Source: Chiloscyllium plagiosum
Lineage: Eukaryota
Direction of reading: 5' to 3'
Assembly (NCBI RefSeq): GCF_004010195.1
Contig: NC_057718.1
Location: 31,928,183-31,992,182, forward strand
Length of the DNA: 64,000 nt
Shown: positions 53,501 to 64,000 of the stretch, piece by piece
Position numbering within the stretch: the stretch's first letter is position 1
How the letters are laid out: every line of letters starts with the position of its first letter
Program-made: the position numbers and the translations under genes
The notes under the pieces: generated by a model
Database searches by the model: none
Told to the model about the DNA's origin: nothing
Seen by the model: only the letters and a program-made list of their open reading frames with translations

Positions 53501-55049
53501 TACTTCTTTCAAGTCTTCTCTCAACTTTCTCTTTGGGGAGGACAACCCTAATTTCTTCAATCTATCCATGTACATAGAACATAGAATATCACAGCGCAGT
53601 ACAGGCCCTTTGGCCCTCCATGTTGTGCTGCCCTGTGAAACCAATCTGAAGCTCACCTAACCTTTTCCATTCTTGTCCATATGCCTATCCAATGACCATT
53701 TAAATGTCCGTAAAGTTGGTCAGTCTACTACTGTTGCAGGCAGTGCATTCCATGCCCCCTACCACTATCTGAGTAAAGAAACTATCTCTGACATCTGTCC
53801 TATATCTATTACCCCTCAATTTGAAGCTATGCCTTCTCGTGCTAGCTATCATCATCTGATAAAAAAGGCTCTCCCTGTCCACCCGATCTAACCCTCTGAT
53901 TGTCTTATACGTCTCAATTAAGTCATCTCTCAACCTTCTCTCTAATGAAAACAGCCTCAAGTCCCTCAGCCATTCCTTGTAAGACCTTTCCTCCATAACA
54001 GACAACATTCTAGTAAATCTCCTCTGAACCCTTTTGTCCTTCCTATAATGCGGTGAGCAGAACTGCATGCGATTCTCCAAGTGCGGCCGCTCTCCAAGTG
54101 GAACTAAAGGCTTTCATCTCTTGAGCCATTGCGGTTGATCTTTCTGTACCCTCCATCCAAAAATGCAGTGGCCGGAATTGGTTAAGACAAAACCAGTGTT
54201 TTAGAAAAAGTTTGGTATGTACCTTGCTTTTGTGTTCTGTGGTTCTGTTTATAAAACCCAAGATCTCAGATGTCTTTTTAACTACTTCCTTAGTCTAGCC
54301 TGCCCTGCTACCTTTGTTGATTTGTACACTTATATACCCAGAACACTGTATTCCTGCACCTTCTTTAGAAGAGTGTCTTTTTTATTTTGAGTTATCTCTG
54401 CTTGTTCTTTCTCTTGAAATGTATCAACTCACATTTCTCTGCATTTGATTTCATCTGCCACGTTAGCCCAACCTCTTGAAGTCTATTATCATTTTCCTCT
54501 CAGTTCACAGTACTTCTAAATTCAGTGAAATTTGCAAATTCTGATTTTGTATCCTATACTTTTAAGGGGGGGATCAGGCATCTCGCTGGCCTGTGGGCAA
54601 ATTAATGCCCTTACGTGATCAATTGATGTCCACTTGAGGGTCTCATCACAATGCTGTTATGATTGAATCATTTAGGACTGAGATCATTAGACCACAAGAT
54701 GAATCAGAGAATCAGGCCATCCAGACCATCGTGTCACCTCTGCCATTCAATGAGATCATGATTGACCTGATAATCCTCAATTCCACTTTCCTGTCTTTTC
54801 CTCATCACCTTTGATTCGCTTACTGATTAAGAAATGCATCTATATCAGCCCTGAACATATTTAACAATGCAGCTTCAACAGCCTTCTGTGGTAAAAAACA
54901 TTCCACAGATTGACTAACTCAATAAATTCCACCTCACTTCTATCTTAAAAGGGCACCCCCTTAATGAGATTATTCTCTCTGGTCCTAGATTCTCCCATAA
55001 GGAAGAATGGCCTTTTCACATCTAACATCTCTAGTCTCCTGAGAATCTT

Positions 55050-55241
55050 AACAGAACTTGCAGGAAAAACTCAGCAGGTCTGGCAGCATCTGTGAGGCAA
55101 AGCAGTTCTGAAGAAGAGTCACTGGACCTGAAACGTTAACTGTGCTTTGTGTCCAAAGATGCAGCCAGACCTGCTGAGTTTTTCCAGCAATTTCTGTTTC
55201 TCTTTCTGATTTCAAGCATCTGCAGTTCTTTGTTTTTTTTC
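55050..55241. mobile_element. Fold-back mini PLE (family E) inside CR1
   Basis: acagaa..gaaaaactcagcaggtctggcagcatct inverted against agatgcagccagacctgctgagtttttc..ttctgt; TSD 13/15 at 55035 and 55242. Confidence 0.85.
55103..55142 (+). ncRNA. Minimal type I hammerhead ribozyme motif
   Basis: CAGUU-CUGAAGA-agaGUC-acug-GACcu-GAAA-CGUU-AACUG: 5-bp helix I, intact core. Confidence 0.72.
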
Positions 55242-58200
55242 TCTCCTAAGCATCTTGTATGTTTCAATTTGGTCATCTTTCATTCTTCTAAATTGCAGTG
55301 AGTACCAGCCCAACCATATTCAGGATCAACCAAGTGAACTGTCTTTGGATTGCCTCTAAAGTCAGTATAGCAAACACCGTTTTAGCTGACACGTTATGAA
55401 CTGACCATCTCGATAATATTTGCCAGTTTATATACATGAAAAATCAGAAGTTGTCTGTATCATGATCTCCATGAGGTTGAAGTAGTCAGTTGAGGGGGTG
55501 AGTAAGAAAGCTGTCTGCCAGTAAGTTTTATTAAGGCAAAGCTGCATTGTTATTTAAGTGATTTGTGCTGTAAATGAAGTATAACAGTCGTGTGTATACA
55601 CCCTCCATTACATTTGTTACTTATTGTGCATTTTTCCATTGAGTCTGTGGAACTCTTTGATCAACCGGATTACTTAATCAACCGGTACACTCCTGCCAGT
55701 TATTAAACAGTTTGCTCTATATCTTTCCTCAGATAGGGAGTGCAAAACTGTTAACAGTTTTCGGCTATAGTCTGACTAATGCCTTATATAGTATTAGCAA
55801 GACTTCTGACATTTATGTTGATAGTTGTTATGGTCACCATCACTGAATCTAGCTGTATTATCCAGATTTATTAATTGAATTGAAATTCCAACCTGTGTCC
55901 CCAGAGCACTAACCTGCAGCCCTGGATGACTCGTCCAGTGACTAGTTCTCTGCCCATCTTTCCAGAGAGAGTACTTTGTACTGTGTTACACCAGGTTGCA
56001 GTACACATGCTTGCAATTCTATAGCGATAATGTTTTTTGGGAGAGATTTGAAGTAAGATTGGGATGCAATGTAGCACACAATTACATATCATTAGCATAT
56101 TGCCTTGGCAAGAAATTGTAATAGAAACTTAAGTGCATTCTGTAAAACACAACTTATTTTCCTGTGGATATTCCACCAGTGCTGAAGACAGGAATCTATC
56201 CCATTGACTTTATGTTCAAAGACTGCTGCAATATCTCTGGACCAATACATCAAATAAGTCACACAGTGAGCATTGCTGATGCAGTTCTGGCATACTTACT
56301 TATGAAAATCTTCAGAATTATCATGTTCTCATTGTTGAATTGTAATTAATTAACAGAGGTGACAGAGGCTAGTGGACAGTGGCGCTCATTGTGTGATTTT
56401 AGCAGTTAACGATAGAGAGACTAATCCAAATTAACATCACTAAGCGTCCAGCCATAACAAAAACAGATTTCTTATTTGAAAAAATAAGGGCAAGTCAAGC
56501 TTTATAATAAAATAGTGATGACAAAATCTTTGCTGTCAGCTCTTCCTTGCAGGTGTAGTCAGTATAAATATACCATGTCAATGCAGTCAATCAAAGTTTG
56601 GTTATAAATGGCTCAAGTGCATACCTGCAATGGATTTCACTACAGCACAACACTCAAACCATTAGCAAAGTAACATCTAGATGTTCTCGTTGAAAAAGTC
56701 ACTGTACTTTGTGTTCATGTAGCACACTTTCAACACAATCTTAGTATTTTTCCTTTAGTAATACACTGTAACTACTGCTAGCAGTACATGAAAACAGTTG
56801 ATTGAGACATTGGGCAGAATGTTACAGAGGCCTGAACAATGTAGGCTATAGAAAAAAAAATGGACCAGGGTCATGTGACAAGTCCACTGAGGTCCATCTC
56901 AATGTTTGGAGCAACTCGCTGCATCTTTTACTTCAGTTCCGAGTATCAAGGTTGAATTTCCACGAGGCAGCCAGCAAGTTGCCAATGAAGTGAGATTGTT
57001 GCTTATTAGCAACCTAATTAACTGAACATCCCACTTCTGTAATGCGCTGCCTCCATGTTATTAGGTGCTGAGCATTCTTGTCGTGGAAGTAAGAGCAGAT
57101 AATTTCAACTCACTACTGACTGTGAGTTGACTCCATGTTTACTAACACGATCTACAGGCATGCATCCCTCTTCCACAGACGTTGACAGCCGGGAATTGCC
57201 ACTCCCTCAGGATCCTCATTGCAACACTGTGATACATTTGGAGGATGGTTTGGAAGGACAGTAGGGACAGGCACCTAGCTTGCAGCACATCTGATATTCT
57301 CTATCATGTGTGTTGGTGCAGTCACACAACCCATCAGTAGCCCTCCGTCCATGGGGCGGGCATCTGATGTATGGCACTGGGCTACATCAATCTGCACCAT
57401 GCGCTGGCAACTTAAGTGGCAAACGCTGCATGTATAGCCATTAGGGGAGTCATCCTCACAGAAATCCATGGAGACATCTGTCAGCAAAGGAGGTCTTGGC
57501 ACAGAAAGTCAAGGGCAACCTCCAATTGGGAATTCCCTATTTAGGGAATTGGTCGCAGTCAGGAATCCATTCAGGGTGTTCTCACTCAGGGGGTCCATCC
57601 ATTTGCAGTTCGGGGACTGAGTTACCTGTTCTGTGGCTCCATGTCACTCATGGAGATGGGTGTGAGGGAGGTCGGTAGGACTATTGCAGTTAGCAGATGT
57701 AGTGCATCAGTTAGGTTCTGGGTAATTTTGATCTGGAGCTCAAGAGTGTGGGCCATGGTCAGTCCACTGGGGTCATCCATACAAACTAATAGAAAGGGGT
57801 GTGGAAGTGCTAACAGGGGACACTACCTTGAGAGGGAGATTCTGGATCCTATTCCTGGGGATTGAGAGCTGCAGGCTAGAAGGAAGGGGGCTGATAATTA
57901 TGAATGGGGGCAACTGTATTTCTAAGGGGGTATATTGTAATGCAAGGATGGAAACAGGGAAGTGGGGAGGGGGAGTTCATCAAGGTCAGGAACATCTTGC
58001 TGCAAGAGGGGGAACAGTATATGACCAAACCTGGCATGCTCACCTCTGATGCGGTGCGCTGGAGTGAAAGGTGGGCAGGTGCAGGCTTTTTCTAAAGGAT
58101 TGGAGATGTGCAAAGCTTAGGGGCACTACCATGTTGGGGATTTGATGTTTGGGATCTGACTATTATGAAGAGGAGGAGGCTGGACACCATTGCCTGAAGT

Positions 58201-60167
58201 GAGTTTGCTGTCACCTTCCATCATGCTGGAAATCAAAATAAGCAATATGAAATAAAATTGCTGTGCCCATGTCTGCCCTGGGTGGGGCAAAATGTCTGGA
58301 CTTGTGGCGAAGGAGCTACAGGACCCACCAGTGTGAGGACCTTCAGAGAGCTACAGTATTACACACTGACCTATACACTGTACAGAACAGACCTGTAGGT
58401 TCCTTAATCCCTGGCGATCCAAAACATTAGTTGCCCATCTCGCTGTGCAAGACATTGGTGACCACTTAATTCAATATCAACATTTTTGAACTCAGAGGCC
58501 AGGGAAAGAAGAGAATGTTTGGTCAATATGGGGACTGGTGCCAGTAGAATCCGTTGGATTTATCTTGCCTCCAGATGATGTAACAGAGTCTCAACACAGA
58601 CATCAATCAATGCTGTATCCTGCACAGACTTGATATTAGGCATTGTGATGGCACCGTTACATTTGGGGCTAGATAGAGACTCAAAACAAACAGCTGTATT
58701 GCAGAATTGTTGACATTTATGGACATATGCGACCTGATTCAGTCTACTATGTTGATGAAGTAAAACATTTCTAATTCATGACAAAGTACTCAAACTGATT
58801 GAAACAATCACAGAAGTATTGCAGTGATTCTTGATTGGGGGTGGGTGGGTGAGTGGATGTTAGATGGTAGCAGGGTGCTTGTGATTGTCAGTGGGACTCA
58901 TGTGAGGATGATCTGATATATGTCCCTCTGGGGAAATATTTTCCAGTTTGTCATAGTGCAATGTCAAAGTGCATTTTGCTCTGTACCAGCCAACATGAAC
59001 TTAAGTGGTCACAGTTGCAAGCACAGAATGCATAAGAAGGAAGCATTTATTTTTGATAATATGTAATTTAGTTACAAGAGGGACTCTATCTACCATCCAC
59101 TCTTTCCCCAACTCCTTCCCCTCTGATCCTGCAATTTTCTCTTCACCTTCCTTTCTGTTCAGCCATATGATTGCTGTGGTTGAGAGGATGGATTTACTGA
59201 TTTGCTATCAAGCTGGTGCTCTTTGCAGTTGTTAAGAGGCCTGCATTAGCCAGTGATTATCTTTCCCCCTCACTCAAGCAGTGCCACTGAGATTGGAAAC
59301 TCAGAAATAACCTGAAAAAGAAGAGACTTGTGTGAAGTATGAACACCAGGCTGGACCAGTTGGGCTGAATGACCCTTTTCGTTCCATAAATTTTATGTAA
59401 TTTTATTTAATAATCGATCAGGGAATCTGCACCCATTCTCCATAACAATGTCCACTGGTACTCCAATACATTCCACTGTGCTGCTGAGATGACAATGGCC
59501 ATTTAGTATTTGCTTCTGTTGGTGAGTGATGGAGAAAAATTCAGGATTTTGTATTTTGACAGCTTATGATAAATGCAAATTCTTTTCATTGCCTTTAATT
59601 GTCTAGGTGCTACCATCTTTCTCCCCAGGTTTACTGAAGTAACACATATGGCCTGATGTCAAAACATGCCGACTTACTCAGTAGTTTGATCTCTGCCTGT
59701 AACAGAACGTTGTTCTTTGTTTACTGATTTTCTTGTTTGAGCAATCACCTCAAAATAATAAGCATAAGTAATAACTACAAATGTGTAATGTGATCCCCTG
59801 TTCACTTTCTGGACTTGCATGAGCCTTCATAATGACAGCACAGCCCCAAACACAAAATGGGACTCCATGGCTTGCTTTAAGTCACCTCATGCTCTGTGGT
59901 TTTGTAAATGTGACATGCCCAGCACTTCACATACTGTTGCATGTGCTGTTTTTGAAGAGATGCACCCTTGTGATTTTTCATGTTCTGACATCACAACATG
60001 CACAAGAATAAACCTGTAATTTTTTGCTAGTTTAAATAATTCATCCACAGTTTTTAATTACAGGTGCTGTCACTATGTAGCTGCACAGTTATTTTTATAG
60101 AAGTATTTTTTCGGTGTAGGCTATTTATTTTGACAATCCATTCATGCACTCCGTGGAATGAAAGAAA

Positions 60168-61020
60168 AGAATCACAGAAGGCTACAGTACGGAAGGAGGC
60201 CATTCAGTCACTTGTGCTTTTGCTGGTTCTATGAAAGAAATATTCTGGTATTTAGTTAGTCCTATAATTCCCATATTCTTTCCCTCTAGCCCTGAATTCC
60301 AGATGATCACAGCTCACTGCATGCATTTCTTTCTTCACGTTGCTCAGATTTGTTTTGCCAATTGCCTTCAATGTCCATGCTTTTGTTACTGACCCTTCTG
60401 CCATTGGAAACTATTTTTCTTTGTTTACTCTATCAAAGCCCTTCACGATTTTCAACACCTATATCAAACACTCCGCTTTAAGGAGAACAACATTAGTTTC
60501 ACCAGTCTCTCTGTGTAATTGTAGTCTTTGATCGCTGGTACCACTCTTGTAAAAATTCCTTTGTACCTTCTCCAAGGCAATAATAATATTCCTCAAGTAT
60601 GGTTCCTGGATTTCACTGCCCATTATTCCAGCTGGGGCTTAAATAGAACTTCTTGCATTTTTAATGTTATTTCCATGTCTTTGTACTCTATGGTAAGATT
60701 TGAACTTACTCAAAATCCATTCTGTACACAGAGTTAAAATTGGGCCTTTGTTTCTATAAAAGCAAGGATCCCATGTGCCACCTGAACGGCATTCTCAACA
60801 TGCCCCTGCCATGTTCAAAGACTTGAGTACATATGGCCTGAGTCTCTCAATCCTGTAGCTGCTTTAAATTGTACCGTTTAGTTTATATTGCTGTCATTCA
60901 TTTGATCGAAATGAGGTATTTAACAAATTGTATATGAAATTTATCTCACATCTGCTTGCTGTTTTCATTATGGCATTTATCTCTCTGCAGCCCAATACTG
61001 ACTCCCTCACTATTTACCAT
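60168..61020 (-). mobile_element. Old CR1 3' fragment
   Basis: Degenerate tail (agaatcacagaa..tacagtacggaaggaggccattcag) and ORF2 end. Confidence 0.65.
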
Positions 61021-61304
61021 ATGCTGGATATCATACAGAAGTTAACAGAATGTCACTAAAACTTAATCAAATCTTCTTCCCTCCTTCAAATTTTCTACCT
61101 CCCCTCCTATTTGGACGTTGTTGAGAAGTTTGCAGAAGTAAAGTTCCACTATTAATGGATCATGTGTGTTTCCATTTTTGGGTGGATAGTTTCTCATGCA
61201 GATGGGGTAAGTTGGTGCAATCACAGTTCTTTGTTTTTAATGCCCTTTTATTTATTTTGAATCCTTCTGCCAAATCAGCATGGAATGACTGTGCATTTGC
61301 CTCT

Positions 61305-61415
61305 TTTTTTCTGAAGAAGGAGCGCTGAACTAAAATCGTTAACTGTTTTCTCTCCAGAGATGCATCCAGACCTGCTGAGTTTCTTCAGTACTGTCTGTTT
61401 TTGTGTCTCTTTTTC
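61305..61415 (+). mobile_element. Degenerate PLE pLTR end (family E)
   Basis: ctgaagaagg..aaatcgttaactg..agatgc..ccagacctgctgagttt. Confidence 0.6.
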
Positions 61416-64000
61416 AGTTGTATGAGAGAGAGCTAATACCACTTGAAGCTTATGAGGGAGTGGATCATGCAACGGGCTGCAAGATGTCAATTTAATTTAC
61501 AATCTGCATTTCATTTACTCTTTAGCAACTTAACAATGTCAGAGAATACAATCTTCACCTGTCTTTAAGTACAGTTGCTCACTTGGCTGACTTCTTTTCA
61601 GTTGTACATTCTTAAGTTTTTAATAATTTTAATGTTTGGAGAGATCACGTTTGCAACACTGTGCTCAGACATTTGATAGCGAAGCCTTTGTTTTACATTT
61701 CATTTTGTTCATAGGTTTGTGTATACATGTTGTTTCAAAGCATTATCTGTTTGCTTTCTGGAAGACAGAAAATGCGATTTTCAAAGAAAGGACTATCAGT
61801 TGATTGCTGAGGGTTTAGTTCGAAGTCTGACCGTTAGCACTAGGTGTTGTCTTGTTTTCATTTGAGTCATATTATGTTGTGATCACAGTAAAAAAACGAT
61901 TAGCATTTATGAAGCAACTTACACAACCACAGGATGCCCCAAAATGTTTTGCAATCAATCAAATGCTTTTCAAGCGATGTCACTGTTGGAATGTGGGAGC
62001 CAATTTTCTGCTTAAAAATATCTTGTTCATGATGTTCTTTTGCTGCTTCATGTCTTCCTCAGCTTTCATTCCTTTGATCTCCCTTCTCAATGTAGTGCTC
62101 AGGTTAGTTGCTGAAATTACTGTGTGGCTGATGTGAATTTGTACAGTTGGTGTGAGCAGGCAATTTATTAACAAAACTGTCATGGCTGACGCCTCCTGCT
62201 CTCCATTGATATTGATATATGGGCATTTTCAACAAGGAATCAATCATCGATTTTCATGCTGCTCTCCCTTCGCAATCTGAGCCAGATGTTTTGAGGCAAT
62301 GTTTAGTAACCTAGCTGAACACAGAACACCGATGGAACTTGACCTGTATTCTTCAGTACATTGTATACTTTATTTATTCATTGAACAGTACTTTGGGAGA
62401 TGTTGTGCCCCTTACCTCAATTTAAAACAATATACTTTTCTCCCCTCCTTTAGCTTCCTCTGTCCAATATCACACATCACTCCCCTGTTAAATTCCGCCA
62501 ATCACTTCTGAATTAGTTACACTTCAGTGAGCAAGTTTGCTTATGATTTTCTTTCCCTTTTTGAAGTTATATTGAATAGCCTGTTCACTGTATTTTCCTT
62601 CATGGTTTCACCAGAATCAGGAACTCAGTGATACACATTAATAAACAGTGGCAAAGCTTAGAGCCTACTATTGCAAAATCTAACATATTAAAACACTAAA
62701 CCTTATACTATTAAAGTGTCTTCTCGGGTAGAAAAGGATAATTCTTAGGCAATTATTTTATGAAAGATTCCATTTTGTTTTGATACTCAGAATTACTGTC
62801 TATGATCAGAGATAAAGCAAGAAGTTATGGATATCAACTGACCGTAAGACAACAGCAATAATTTTGTTAAAATTATTGTTCCTTACTGCAAGCAGTTAAA
62901 GTTGTGCTAAATTTTTAAACTGCGAGCATCTGTTTCTCTTTCATTCCTGTTACAGAAAACGGTGTTAAACAGCTACTGTCCTCTTAGCAACCTCATAACA
63001 ACCAATAAATGTGCAATAAATGGACAGCCTAAAATGACCGATGGAATCATTCACTGTCATTAGTAATAAGAACGACAGTGGTAATTTTAACTTAATCTGC
63101 CCAGCAGGACACCAAAGGGGTTGTTTTAGCTGTCCTCACTAAACGTAAAATCTGATGTGGTGTAAATTGGGTGGCCAGTCTGATGTCATTAGTTTCCTGC
63201 CATGTGGTTTAGGTTAAAATTATGCCCATATTTCAGTTTGCATTGACATTGTCATGCATTGTAGTTACATGAAGTTATCTGTAGACTCATTCATGTATTT
63301 ATTCAGAGCTATTTGCTGTTTCTTTAAATGACTAGTATGGAGAAGGATGTCAGTAGGGCAAATCCTTTATTTTGTCATGATGGGTTGTTTACACCGTTAA
63401 GACCAGATTACTCTATCTATAAACATCAAGGCTAGTTCCTTTCACGGATGTTTCGTATTTAATATTGAATGAAAAGTCATAGTCAGTTTTACTTTCAGGT
63501 GCATGTTTTCAGATGAACTGCCAATTCTGGGTGGCCCGGTGTAAATTTGCATATTGGTTTTAATATTTGAGGAGAATATGTTAAGGTTTAATATAGGCAT
63601 CAAAAGACAATCCGTAAAATAGATCAGAACCCTGTTTCTTGGATGTTCAGTCTGAGACAGCATTTGCGTAGTTTATTCCAGAAGTGGATTAGGCAACTAT
63701 TGAATGCCCCTATTCCATCCATACTGTTGTCCTAAACTCTCTGTGGTTTCCGACATGAGGAAAATAGGGCTCCTCCCAAAACCATCCTTAACTCTGTATG
63801 TGGTCTGCTGCAGTGTGCCATCAAGATTTTGACAGAAGCTGTTGGAACTTCTGTGTTTTAGTTTAGAACTCAATCTATTAGAGTTGAAGAACCAAGTATT
63901 CTAATGTTGAGCCCTGAAGTATATAGCAACTTTTGAAGAGACTTCTGCATTTTGTAGACGAACCACGATTCAAAGAAGGGAGAAAAATACTTTTTTTCTG

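Larger units (their letters stand above)
53490..55380 (-). mobile_element. Cluster of CR1 3' fragments of several subfamilies
   Basis: QFCSPHYRKD..RVQRRFTRM..LFSLERRLRDDLIETYK; distinct tails near 53572 and 54685. Confidence 0.8.

Noticed and set aside
57050..58500. GC-richer intronic block with short ORFs
   Set aside because: No recognisable motif or splice structure; probably old TE debris, cannot be assigned.

Overview
Vertebrate genomic DNA, most likely from a cartilaginous fish (inferred from the repeat content). The only supportable host coding sequence is coding exon 1 of protein kinase C epsilon (PRKCE, 41314-41661, +), with its promoter/5' leader upstream and intron 1 running to the window end. 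A CpG/NRF1/E-box promoter-like patch near 2.7-5.2 kb may belong to a divergently transcribed neighbour; SRBD1 holds this position in human, but no SRBD1 coding sequence is visible. Much of the rest is mobile DNA: CR1-type LINEs, Tx1-clade L1s, an L2 relic, tRNA-derived and Deu-domain SINEs, an internally deleted Gypsy element, a Tc1/pogo-type MITE, a tRNA-Asp pseudogene and many Penelope-like elements (PLEs). The most striking signal is a set of short (130-660 bp) PLE-derived fold-back or truncated insertions from several families. They share a 30-40 nt unpaired tail, near-perfect inverted arms, often an 8-16 bp target-site duplication (TSD), and a minimal type I hammerhead ribozyme motif (CUGANGA..GAAA-NNUH) at or near the turning or truncation point. 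A nested stack of about seven insertions occupies 5.3-11.5 kb. Repeat boundaries were read by eye and are approximate unless a TSD is given.
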